Both the position numbers and the translations under genes were made by a program. The notes beneath the pieces are model-generated. The model had not been told where the DNA came from. It ran no database searches and saw only the letters and a list, made by a program, of their open reading frames with translations. Shown here piece by piece: positions 21,215-33,976 of a stretch of 64,000 nucleotides of DNA. Source of the DNA: Diploschistes diacapsis (taxonomy: Eukaryota); assembly GCA_023645945.1 (NCBI GenBank), contig JALAIB010000002.1, positions 1 to 64,000 of the forward strand, given 5' to 3'. How positions within the stretch are numbered: position 1 is the first letter of the stretch; each line of letters opens with the position of its first letter.

Positions 21215-24200
21215 TGAGGTATCAAATGCCATTATAGATTACAATCTTGCATTTCAAATCGTGACGATTCTAGAACGCGGCGAGGACGAAGCAACGAACC
21301 GGTGGTCAGCAACAGGGCCCGTCCAGGTCCGCTTTTCTCAAGGGCTCTTCTACCCTCAGCCCCGACTGCTACGGGTCAAGCTCTCACGGTATATACATGT
21401 ATATTTTCTCATTCACACTCACCCCCGTGCAAGGAAATTCGGCAACCGTGACAGAAACCTGGGACATCTCCAATGCCGTTGAATTTGCCTGGGGGTGCTT
21501 CGACCCATCATGTGTCAACGAACCCCTCTTTGAAATTGTTTCCCTACGAGTCTTGCTAGGTTACTGGCGTTGGGGGGGGGGGGCCGTTTCCCTCTAGCGC
21601 CGAGGCCGCTCTCCACCACTTACAGAGGTGTATGTCCGCTGAAATCGATTTTGTTCTCATTCCCTGGAGCCTTTTTGCCACATGGCTCCTGATCCCCTTT
21701 TGCTGCTCTTCACTTCCCTATCCGGCAACGCAATGTTGATGTTTCGTGGTGACCTGAGTCCCTTACAGGTGTATAATCCTGCTCAAGGTTCCTACCTCAT
21801 AGACTTCAACATACTCCAGCTCGGAACTCCTGCCTCGTGGCATCTCGCTTCCTTTTGCTCTCTAGCTTAAAGCTTCCTACTCCCTTGTATTTGACCGCCT
21901 GATCCTTTTGCTCATATCGATAGATCCTTGTATCTTCTTCCCACTCATCTCTCTTTGATATACATATACGAGTACCGGGGTCTCGTGGCACCGCGCCAGC
22001 TAACAAATAAGTCAAGGAATCTTCTCCCCAATAACGGAAGCTCTCATTGGTTCCTAACCCTTTTCCAGGGAGTACCAGTCCAGGGCGGCACTTGTGCCTA
22101 AGTGAAGAATTAATTGAGCGTCAGAAAGTGCTAGGGTAGTTTGCATTTGCCATTATCTCCTGGATCTGTCAAAGAGATATAGGTTACTATTGTTGGCTTC
22201 CTACTGTTGTAAGCTTCTTCCGCTCACTGCGTATCATCTTGATCGCTCCTGTCGTTTTCAAAGGTTTGTGAGCCGTGTAAGCCTGCCGATACTTACGATG
22301 TTTGCTGTGCGGGCTTTTTTGCTTGTTCGACAGCTCGGATGAGCTCTCGAGAAAGTCACCGTCCGAAGACAGTACCCTGATTTCTTCCTTCAAGTCCCTT
22401 TAATAAGATTTGATTAGGGGCCCGCTGGTCCCGGTGTACACATTGCAGTTGATAGTCTGGCCAAGCAGGTGGCTAGAAAGCCCGGCGGCGTCATTCTATC
22501 CCTGGTCAGGCTAATGTTTCTACTTGATAGATCCACGAAACCTATTCTCTAGGCTATGGTCCAATGTATGTCGGAGTCCTTGCGCCTTCCTCCCCGAAAG
22601 TCCCCTCTCCAAGGTAGCGTAACCGGCACAAGCCTTGGAGCCATTTTAGATGGCTCATGTAGCCACCAAGGGAGCTTATAGAATAGCAACGTGAGCGCGG
22701 TGGGTACCTCGTAGCTCCGTGTCCCTAGTTCGCCTCAGTCCCACCTCTAAGCAAATCAAAGGTGCACCTGGTGGATGCTAAAACTATTCGTTATCGTTTT
22801 TAGGTCGAGGCAGGTTCTTTGTTCTTGCTTTCGAGCGTCTCATGCGTCTCATCGATATCCGCGAGGTCTCACGTTCGTGGTCTCTAGAATGGGCTGTTGG
22901 CCCCCATTCTCGGCCTCTTTCCTCTTCGGTTGAGGCACGGAGGTTTCCAAAGCGGGCTCGAAGATCATCGACGACCTCGTCTACTTGTCGGCGATCCGGT
23001 TTGCTGCTTCGTCCTCAGGACCGGCGAGCTACTTCGGACTTTGAGATTGGCCTTGACTAGCATATTGTGTCTCCCACGGTAGCTTGACGTAATAATGCGT
23101 GGATATATTTTTCTGTGTCTATTGGAAGCTCGACGTCAGAGTTCGGTCAATTTGACGGTCATTAAGACCTTCCTGAATACGAGAAGCATGTCGACTAAAA
23201 CCAGACTTTACTATACGCACCCTACTTGGTTTCATTCACTTGGTTGAGCGTGTTTAGAGAATCTTTCGTCGGTCTTTTGCGACGATATAACTAGTAGCTT
23301 TGGCATTACTGTCCCAGGAAGGTTTATAAGAGCCAACTGTTAACACCATTGAGAAGCTTCCGTCCTAGCATGGGCTTCTTATTCGTATAAGGCTCAATAG
23401 TCTCTTGAACTGTCCCTGGGGACGTACTCTGGGCTGTAATCGTGCGACCAAACGTCCCATCCTAACTCCTGAAGTTTTTTCCGCTCTGCTCTAAGCAGGG
23501 CTACTCTTCGCCTTCAACTATTGGATCATGTCGTCCATGGACTTATCTACCCCCTTTTATTTCCAGATGCGGTAATGCCCACACACGTCCCTTGTACCTT
23601 TGACTCGGGTTCGTAGGATTTCTCGTTGGTGACTGGTTTGATTCCCTATTAAAGTTGCTTGCAGCTCTTGCTTTCGCAATTCTCTTCCTTCTTTTCCAGC
23701 CATGCTTAGAATAAATAGCCTTCCAAATCTCGTTGCTAGCAAGAAGAACAATTTTAAACGTATGTACCGATACACTGACTCCAAGGCCAAAAACACCTGC
23801 CACCGCGGGGATTCACGGTCCTATATTCCGATGACATCAATGTCCATTTCGGTAGCAACTGTAGTTCGTCGTCCCCATCTCGTGTCAAGAGGCTTTAAAC
23901 GCTCTAGCCTGTAGCTTCCCAAGCAACTCTCTAACCGGCCGAACAACCGCCTCCATCCAAACTGCGTGACGAAAAACCGACTACAGGACCCAGACACCAA
24001 GCAAGGCTAAATCAATCCTCGGCCAAAGCTCGACAGTCCCAGCCTCCCTTTCTTCTCTCCTGCGACATAGGTTTTATGGGACATGACAAAGCATCTTACC
24101 TGATGCCAACATATCCCTAGTCCCAAGGTGATGAGTGAGACCCATACCGCTTAAAGCGTTCTAGCTCTGTTGATCGCTGTGACAGAAGCTTCTAAATTTG

Positions 24201-27200
24201 GCCTTAATAGGTCGGATCGACAAGCACCCTCCCTGTAATGTAGCAACTGTAAAGCTCCAAGGACGAAGTCGCCTCGCTGTTCTTTCGTGAGCCGTTTTGA
24301 TATAGAAGTTTTTTTTAGGCCAGACGGCAGATCTAGAAGGCTGCTCTCGGCTTAGGCTTGATTAAACCTGCTAAGCTAATTTGTCGATGTTTTATACTTT
24401 GAGATAAGAGTAGATCCAGAAATCCCCAACCAAGTTGTCTTTAAACGGGCATTTAATAATAGTCAATAGCTTTAAATTAGAGATAGAGGGAACCAGGGAC
24501 GGAATCGACGTGGTTAGCTAGAGTTTAATTGTGGCCTGACTAAGAAGAGCGGAGAAGGATAAAATAAAGTATAAAGTAAACTCTGGTAGTTGTAGAAAGG
24601 TAAGCTCCACAGATTTTAAATTTTGTAGGGAACTTTGGGTCCAAATTCATGGACTGAGATAGAGCGTCCTTTTTTTTATTAGTGTTTAAACTTGTTCCGG
24701 GCCAATTCGTTGCTATCATTTGTAATAGTATAATCAATTGATTAATGGTGAGAAAGATGCATTGTTAAATCTGGTGGGGGCAGCGAGCCCTTATGCCAAG
24801 TGGATGCCTGGCGGCAGCGAGGTCGGCTGCGACAGCCAAGGGCAGGAGCTAGCTAATGTCTCTAGCAAGTTAGTAGCCACTAAATCCCTGGGTGTTACAG
24901 CTTCGAGCTTGTTATGCCATGTTAACAGCCACTGAACATCTTGCGAAATGGTTCTGTATTATCGATATCCATCTACTCATCCTAAAGCCACTCGTTATAG
25001 CCGAGCGGTCGCTTCCTGGAATGGAGAAAAAAGGATGCTCGTAGTCTATTCAACCGAACTGTCAAGCAGTGAACAAATCATCTCCTCCAAAGGCTGTTTT
25101 TCTGCACGAAGGAAGAGATGTGCTCTTTAATCAACATGATTGCCTGGGAACCCACATGGCTCCATCGAAAGTTTTCATTCGGTGAGCAGCCAAACTGGAA
25201 TACTGGCCTGACCTGCATGTACTGAAACTCGTTTATTATGAAGAGATCAAACAACAAAATGATACGGAAGAAAACGTCCCTCAATCGCATGCATGTTTGC
25301 ATCCTCTCTAGCCATAATTTTTCTATGACAGGTTAAAATTTCCCCCTCATGTGGTTGAATCGACTTATTCGAGCCCCTAAATCGGTACGACTAAACCGGT
25401 ATGATCGTCCCTGCCAGCTTCTCGGATGGTAATATCGAAAGATGTATAAGCGAGTACTTGGGTTATGCTCGAAGGAAGCTCTGACTGGATATGCTCCAAC
25501 AAAGAGAGACAATGGCTGTAATGCTATTAAGAAGCCCAAGACGCGAACTTTGCCGTTAAAATGACCATGTTAGCTCTGCATGCTCAACTCGGCGTTTAGA
25601 TGGGTATTTTAGAGCCTAAAGTTAGACAGTAAAGCCTGACTCGCCAGATACTCCCCGGATCAACAGGGACACCTGAAGTGACTATGTGGGAAGTTATAGC
25701 CCAAGCATCATTCACGCGAGATCTTTTGAAACCCTTCCCAGAATTGTTGTTCTTGTAGCTCTTTATTTTTGAATGGTTTCATCATATATCTTTCGGTTCG
25801 CCAGCTCCTGAAGCGAAGTCTTCCGCTTTGCACGGTAAACCACGGACGCAACTGGTTGGAAGTCTCTCGCTCTCCACGGTAAGGTACTGGCATTTCTTCT
25901 CGACCTGGTTGTACAGGAGTCGTGCCTTCCCCACGATATCGCTCCGAGTAACTGGAATGCGCCTACTTCTTTTAGTATCGGTGTCCCCTGTGTTTTTTCC
26001 GGTGCATTGCCTTTCTTCTTATACCCCTACACACAGCTTTTATCGGGATTTGGCTTTCAACGTTGATCTAAGAAGAACTATCTGGTTCTCAGAGTGTTGT
26101 TTTACAGCATAAAGCGAATGAGCCGGACTTATATTCCAAGTTTTGATAGAGTTGGGGGAAATTTGGGTCCCGTTATATTCGTACAACTCATCTTCCGCAG
26201 TTCTTCGCTTCTAATCTCAAGTCCTGTCTCATGGGGTCTCGGTTTAACCATCGCCGTTACCATCCTCGTGGAGCTCATGCTTCAGAGCCGTGTCAGGCAT
26301 CGGTGCTTGATTCGGAGATCCACATCGAAGGCACGGGTTTATTTCAAGCCGCAAGCCAGAGCAGATTTAACTGAGTGGAGGACAAATAACCTCAGCCAGA
26401 GTTCTCAGTCTTCGCATAATGGCTTAAGATTCCGATTAAGTTAGATTCTTTAGAAAACATCCTGGGACGAAGTCGGCATTATAGTCGTGTGATGGCTCCA
26501 ATCTCAACCCTTTCCATAAAGAATTTGCTCGATGACTTCAAGTTATCTGATCACACCCCAAAAGGGAGGGGTTACTCCAATTGGCTTTTCCTGGAAATGC
26601 CCTTGGCTATTTGTTAGGGGTTTACTGACACAAGCTACGAAGGTACCCTTCTCCGCTTTCCCTCGGGCGCTTTCTTTCATCGACCCCTCAGGTTGTATTT
26701 AGTCCTGATAATAGGAGTAAACAAAGTATGGTAAACCCATTGCGAATACAGTAGAAAGCCACAGTTCCCGGCGCCTGGGTAAGTCGTGAAGAGTTGAGGT
26801 GTTGTAGCCAGACGCAGCATTCTATCGAAAAACCCTCATCGTTAGCTTCTGCAATCATTCTTTCTTTAGCTTCCTTATACAGCGGAGACTCCGCCGGAAA
26901 ATAGGTCCTACTTAACCATGGTCTAGGTTCATAGTACCTGGATTGAAAAAGACAAGATTCTCTGCTAGAAATTGAGGATGAGCATCCTACTTTTTCGTAA
27001 ATCAAAAGTGTACTCCAGCCTATCGAAGCGCGCTTCAGATGACTTGTCGTTTGAGGAGGAGGTGATAAGTTATAGAAGCTATACATTGCAGAGGTAAATG
27101 ATATCCCTACCTTGCGAGCCGCCCTCTCGTATCCGTCGATACTCTTATTAAAATCCGCCTGCATCGCTTTATTGGTCCTTTGACTTTGTGTTGGAGTGGT

Positions 27201-27863
27201 CAATGTCGAAATCGCAGCACCCATTACAACAAAATCTGAAGAAACCCCAAACGCCTTTCAATTGGACTAGAAAAGGATCAGCAGCCACAATGCATCCTAT
27301 CAACAAATACCTGAGAGTTGATGCATCGTATAATGCGGGCATTCCATCGATGGGCGCGATCGAGCGCCCCGCAAAACAACATTGGCACTGCTCGGTATGC
27401 CCTGTAAAGATAACGTAACCCGCATGGGCGCTGCAAGTTCACCGAGGTCGAACCTACTCGAACACTGACTATCAGTACTTAGCTCTCGTATTTAGGGTCA
27501 TTAAAGATCGTCATCTTTTTTTCGACGCTCTGTTGTGCTGTTGCATGCCTAAAGTACGACAGTCTTGCAGCCTAGCAGCGTTAAAAAGATGTCCAACACC
27601 CGCACATCTGTTGGCGAGTTATCGAAAAGAATTGTCTTTTCCTTCTGCTCGGTACAGATCCATTCAATGAAAAGAGCAAGCGGTGAAAGCTTGCTTCCAT
27701 CTATTCCAAAGGACTCGGCCGCCGATCGAGCATCTTGTCATGCCTTTTTCGTTCCAGTTAACCAGCCACTGTCCTCGACCGTTTTATCTGATGCCACGTC
27801 TAATACTATCATCTGTTGATTAAATATCATCGCTCATGTGGTATCTGCACCTTCTATCAGGAC

Positions 27864-28135
27864 TTACTTACCGACCCCTAAATAATATTTCCTCTCTGTC
27901 CCGTCTCGACATCTTTCCTAATATCCACAATATGTCGTCTGAACGAGATCTTATCTCCAGGCGCCTCGTACTGAGTGCAGTATCAATTACTAACTAACCA
28001 TATATTATGATCTGGTCTGAGGGCGACATACAGCAGGTAGTGCATGGGGCACTATCGAATGGCTTCTTGAATCCCACATAATTCGGCTCCAACCTAAATT
28101 AGATTGGCCTTCCCCCTTTCGCGTAGATGCCAGTG
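27864..28135 (-). pseudogene. PhyH-like 2OG-Fe(II) dioxygenase fragment, copy A
   Basis: With frameshifts: HWHLRE..GQSNLGWSRIM...HYLLYVALRPDHNIWLVSN*YCTQYEAPGDKISFRRHIVDIRKDVETGQRGNII*GSVS. Nucleotide similarity to copies B and C is visible directly. Confidence 0.7.
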
Positions 28136-28305
28136 TGTCTTGCGGGAGGCCTTGGAATACAGACCTCCTCCTAACTCTGGAATAGAAAATGGATTGTAAC
28201 CCGGCATCTTTACAGGATTGATTGAAAAGACAAAAGCTAATACCAAAGGATTCTGTTCTTAAATAATAAACTTGGTGAATTTTCAAGTCCCTAAAAGGAA
28301 TAAAA

Positions 28306-28406
28306 GTGAATGTTTTTATAAGTAATAAAAGTTCACTTTTCGTAAGTGACTTTTCGTTATTTACAAAGTGACAAGGTGAATGTTTCCGTAAGTGACAAAA
28401 CGTTCA
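28306..28406. repeat. Short direct-repeat cluster, possibly a transposon subterminal remnant
   Basis: gtgaatgtttttataagtaataaaagttca (28306-28335) versus gtgaatgtttccgtaagtgacaaaacgttca (28376-28406); an extra cgtaagtgac at 28341-28350. Confidence 0.6.
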
Positions 28407-31400
28407 ATGGCTTGAAGTGCTCATCAACTCTCTGGGTCCCAATGGAGCTCCTGGGGCCTATGCCTTGCAAAGCAACACGACTGACTGACGGGTTTCAACT
28501 AGGCGTGCAATGCAGAGAGTGGAACCCTATATCGCTGCCGTCCAGGAAGCCTGACCGCCCATGTTTGCAGCTTTGATAGGGACCTCGCGTTTTGAACTTC
28601 TCCAATTTCCAGCAGCCTTTTCTAATTGAGCTGTAAGAGGTAAGATACCTAGCTTTCCGAGATTATAGTTACAACGGAGCCCGTCACACATGCTTATTGC
28701 TTATATATAGGAGAAATAGCTTTTCCGGCTGCTGAAAGCCTTAGTTCTTTTGTTCAGTTCGTTCCCATAATCGTCGGAAGAGAGTCAACAAGGGAGCTCG
28801 CCCCTAAAGGAATATTCTCTGCTCTTGTGATTGGGGATATTGGCATATTGACCTCGGCTTGTAAGATGAAACAGGTTTGCGACAAAAGCTAGAGGTGATC
28901 TAGCTCACTTGACGTTAAGTTTCAAGGTCTCCGCCCCTGTTATTTGATTCCTGTGTCGTTAATGGAGGCGACGTGTCGATATCTAGGACTCAGTTAAACA
29001 AAGGGCAAAGAGTAGTTGGCTCAGGCCTCAGCATTTCTCTCCGTGTTTCTTTGACGATTCATAAAAAGCGGTTTGCTCGCACCAACTTTCCTCCCACCTT
29101 ATTCTTCTCCTATAGGGGTTCACAATTGTATTTCGATGCCTGACGTTTTATAATCATCATCCTGTTTGCCTTAAATACCAGCAGCATGTTCACGACGCTA
29201 TCAGCAGAAAAATGAAGCCTTGGAGATTGCCTCTCTTTTCGAGAAAACAGCGGCCTGATTATCATGGATAGCAGCAACAGAAGGCTCCTGAGTTAAGGAG
29301 TCGCCAAGCAAAGGACCGACAGAAGAAAAGCGAGGCACATCCGAACGCGAAGGGCCTGAGCTAGGTTGAAACTCGTCTCCAGAGGAGGTAAAAAGACCTA
29401 TCAGTACGAGAAGGCCCTCCTGGCTCGGTGGTAGGAGGTGGCACAGGAATCTCAGGGTCAGAACTCGGAAGAACAGAGGAAGAGATTGCATAATACTGTT
29501 TCTTAGGTCAACCAAGAGGGCGAGTAATCCTGTTTTCTATTATTAAGTCCTAGAGTCTTATGAGCCCGTAAGAATCTCGATGTGCTTAAGTTGCTAGATG
29601 GGTAGTTGGAGTCCTAACCCCATTACTTTCATTGCATATTGATATCAACGAGTTGGAGCCCTTTCGGCTAGGTGAATGCTGAAACAATTGCTCCTTCTAA
29701 GGGTTCGGAGTTCGTTGAGAGTAAGTCAGGCAACATTGCACTTTATGGCTATTGTTGTGCATGCATTATCATGCCCTTATGCAAAAGGACAGCTTGGGAG
29801 TGTCTTTTGTCCGTTCGCAGTAATTTCCTCGGCAGGGCCAGTGGGATTCCTGCGAGGCTTCCGTTTTCTTTAGAAGTATTGAGGATGAGCAAGTTCCTGC
29901 GCGTTATAAACAGCAGGGGCCTGTAATATGCATCCCACGTCTTGAAACCAGGTTTATTTGACTCAAGTTTAGTTATGCGAACTCTCTCGCCTATCGTATG
30001 ATGCATAGAAACTGAACGGTCATCTCATATGCTTCAAGTAGTCTTTCAGTTATCCCAGGTTTCAGGTTTAGAGTCCTTGGGTACACTACGCTAAGAGTTT
30101 GTTCTTGAGATCATGAGTAAAAATGAGTTTCAACCTCTGTAGGACTTTTGATTCCTCGCGGCAGTGAGCAATGCCTTTTCTCTTACTAACAGTAGGTACT
30201 CCTTCCTCATGCCATGTTTTTCATTTATAATATCAAATATAAGGGAAGACTCCGGAGCGGTAACAGAGTCATTCCTCCAGATTAAATCCTCTTTCAGTGA
30301 GCCACGGAAACCGCCTATTCCATATCTGTCCTCTGTAATGGCTGCAGTGCAAACAGTCGTCCACATGCTAATAGTGACAGGTAGCGCAAGTCCACATCCT
30401 GTACATTACCAAGGACTTCGCCCTCTTTTAGATAGATCCGTTATCAGATCGCCCACATAAAACTTCGTGAAACTGTATCTCCACAGTATCCGAAGCAAAA
30501 TTCTAGGCCATAGTGATATCATGATGCACAGGAAGGCGGTTCTAGAGGTAAGCCCGAGCTCCGCATACAGTCCCGACGAGGGGTTTTCCTCTTGCTCAAC
30601 TTCACTCAGGAGATTTGCCCCGTATGGGTAATCTTCTTTTCGTTGAGTACGGCTTCCTGGAGTTTGGTAGTATGTTCTGAGTGGCGTCGCGGCGGACGCT
30701 AGGAGGTCTAGGCCATGGGCAGCAATTTATTGATTTGGTAGACCGTGGCAGTCAGCCTGAAGTATAAAGTTGAATAGTGTATGCTTCGAGGTGGAGCCCG
30801 TAGGTTTTCCCAACGAGTAAACACGTCTTCCCTAGCACTTTTCATTTTTCCCCCATTGATTATGATCACACCATCGGTGTCGAGACCAATTAGCTGTCGA
30901 GCCTCCTTGTCTTGTTATAATCGCGATTAGCCTGCAAGCATAGTCAACCGTTTCTCCCAACGAAGGATGACCTCCAGCTCCCTTTTTGGTCCCTGGTTTA
31001 GATCTTTCTGTTTTAAGGATCTCATTACGCCGTTAGCCACCGTCTTCGGGAAAGCCCCACTTGGCAGACCTGTATTGATTGGTTAGTGGCTGATCAGCTT
31101 TCGAAGCCTTCCGAAGGATAGCGGTGTTCCGGTGATGGACCAGTTATGCGTAATACCCCGGAACGAACCTGCGCACTAGATGATATGCATCTTTTCTCTA
31201 TAAAAACCTCATCGAACATTGCTCTCCTCGTAAGAAGAAAGGGGAAAGGCACGCCAGAGCTCGAGCTCGTAGTCAAGTTGTATCGGGGTGCGAGATATTG
31301 CCCTTAATCTGTCTAGGCTGTGCGAGGCCTCTTAGTTATGGCCACTTTTTGTTCCTAGAACCGGATGTGTCTTTCTTCTATGGTATGATCACTTATGCTT

Positions 31401-33619
31401 TGCAATAGGTTCGAGTAGCTTGCGGTATGTTTCCCTATGGTCAAAAATTAAGTCTTCAATATGTAGGCCCAGGCCTTTCCAGAATCACTGAAAATTAGGC
31501 TTATCGGAAGCGAATGCCTAAGGGAACCACCATGCTTGCGATGACGGAAAACGGTTTTTTGTAAGCCCTGTAGGTATCGAGTAGGGTGTTGTTGCAGTTC
31601 GTGACCTTAGATCATCTCATTAAGGCACGACTTTATGGTACTTTATCGCATTTGTTCCGTGTTATTCTGCTACACTTAACCATGTGGTGACAACGAACTC
31701 TGATTCGAATGATCCATCAACCAAGTCCCGCTCATGGTCCAGTTCATCGGAGGAAAGTGAGGTGGAAGGTTCCTACGACTCACAAACTCAATAGATGTAA
31801 CTCTACACGACATCACTTAGAGGCTAAGGCCAGAAACTCCTGCGGACACAAGTTTTTTATTCGTGCAAAAGTAAAGTATAAGTTCCTTGAGTAGTCAAAT
31901 GAACTGGAAAAATTATCCCTGAATGTGTTGCTCATGGTTATAAGGTAGGGTATCCCGGATTTGGTGTTGTAACAAAGCTTCCCTAGTCTTAGCAGTTCGT
32001 ACCCAAGGGTTACTCTCGAGCCCGGAGTCCCTCTATAATCTCGAATTGTGTATCTCTCTGCCTAGTGTATCTCAACCAGGCTCAGTCCAGGCCTGGACTT
32101 TCCGACGCCATGTCAGTCCTGGCCGGTCTTTCTCAGCTAGCATACCAGAGAAAGACTCCGAGCACCTGTTTCTTTGTCTTTGATTCTCAACAGCTCTATC
32201 CTCTCATGTTCACTGTTCATAATCAATATTTTATGAGAAATTATTCTCTGGCCATTGCCAAACCCAAATACTGCTATTGTTTGGCCCCCCAAATCGTCCT
32301 AGGTGGGATCTCAGCACGTGCTTTGATATTTAGACAACGCCTAACTGGAAGTAATAGAGATAGGCCACTGGGCCTGTAGGTGTGACGTTCATCACTAAAA
32401 CGGTAGTGGCCTTGCATGCATATGCAGCTAGATTAGTAGGTGTCAAAGGTACGGAGTTCCTGCCTTTTCTCCATTTTGCTCTCTGAAAGGAATCATATGG
32501 TCTTCATGCCATATTTGACCATATGGTGGCCACAAAACTGTTATCTCAAGTCACCCGGACCCTGTTGTTTGCTAGGTGCATTGCCAGGTTCATAATATAG
32601 CAAGAGCCCTCCAAATGCGGTGATAACTCCTCTTCATGCTGTTATCACTTATTTTCAATACTTACGCTGCAACAGAGGAAGGTTCACAAGCACCACCCTA
32701 GGTCATACCAGTTGTAGTTGTGTTCGACCAAACTTCAACGTGTTCAAGCATGACTTGACAACGCTATCCAAGTCCAACAGTCCTGAGCCGAGTCTTTTAG
32801 CTAGCGCCATGGGTTACATCTATCTTATGGTTCGGGACAAAAAAAGCCAAAGGTCCCCTAATTTTTGTACAGAGATTTCAAGGATAAGGGTAACCATCGT
32901 GACTCCGGTTAAACCGCCTTCACGGAATACAACAGCCGTACCTCAGCGCTTTCACTCTCCGGCCCCTCTTCGACTTCTTCTCAAGCTTGGAGGTATCCTC
33001 GAAAGCTTTGTTCTGTTTGATAGGCAAATAGGATGAGCAAGCTGGTGCCTTTTAGTGCGGTCTTCGACCTTCGGATCACTGCAGATTCATTCGCATTTTT
33101 GAGAACCAGTGAGGCTAGATTGGTATCGTGCTGAAGTAGAAGATGTCCTATCTGCTCTACGAGGATACGTTGGCAGCTAGAATCATCTAGAAGTTCGAAG
33201 ATGCCGATGCTTGACTCTCCAAGTACTTACCGTGATCCTGAATGCTTTCAATGTAACAAATAGGTCTCAGTCGGTTACTCGAATCCTACAGATTGCGCCC
33301 GTAGGGTATAGTTGTCCAATATTCGCTCAATCTTAAAACCGACATTTGTAACATCCTCGCCACTAGACCTGCCTGTAAGATGATGTTTCGGGACAGGAGA
33401 CGGAGAAAGAAAGACAAAAATCACGGCCTTGTGCATATTTGACAAGCAAAGCTAGTCCACACTGATCTTATAGATATCTGACGATGTCTTCTCGTATGAC
33501 ATAATGTTCTCCTCACCTTTACCAACTCAGGCGTTACTATAGTCAGGTATCCGACTCCTAGAACATGGATTGAGAAGGAGAAGCTTATATTAACATACTC
33601 CAGAAGCACGTCCATTTAG

Positions 33620-33976
33620 GGCCGTGGAACAAACTTTATACCACTGTTCTTTTCGTCCTGGGCAGACCACGTTTTGATATCGATGGTATGCATAGAATTA
33701 TCTTTTAAAATGAGTTCAGTCTTCTGTCTCTTGTAGCAGCTTTTATTAGTGATGAATTTGTTAATGTATGCTTAATAGTAGCTCTGTGCAATTATCATTA
33801 GCTTTATTATTCATATTTATCGATTTCTGTATGATATTTCCACCTGCCCTGTTTCGTTATTATTCTTAATCTTTATGTCAATGTGTCTGAACGAGTTACT
33901 GTCCCCAGGCGCCCTGGAATTTAGTGTAGTACCGATAGCTAACCAACCAAGTATTATGATCTGGTCTGAGGGTGAC
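33620..33976 (-). pseudogene. PhyH-like dioxygenase fragment, copy B (RIP-like G-to-A mutated)
   Basis: VTLRPDHNTWLVSYRYYTKF/APGDSNSFRHIDIKI...NIIQKSINMNNKANDNCTELLLSIH*QIHH**KLLQE/LILKDNSMHTIDIKTWSAQDEKNSGIKFVPRP. Confidence 0.75.

Noticed and set aside
21806..22015. Possible additional dioxygenase copy (shares gatccttgtat and agctaac words)
   Set aside because: Translation shows none of the family motifs; the match is probably chance.
26688..27224. Longest ORF (178 aa) in the gene desert
   Set aside because: No recognisable domain or splice structure; probably part of a decayed relic.
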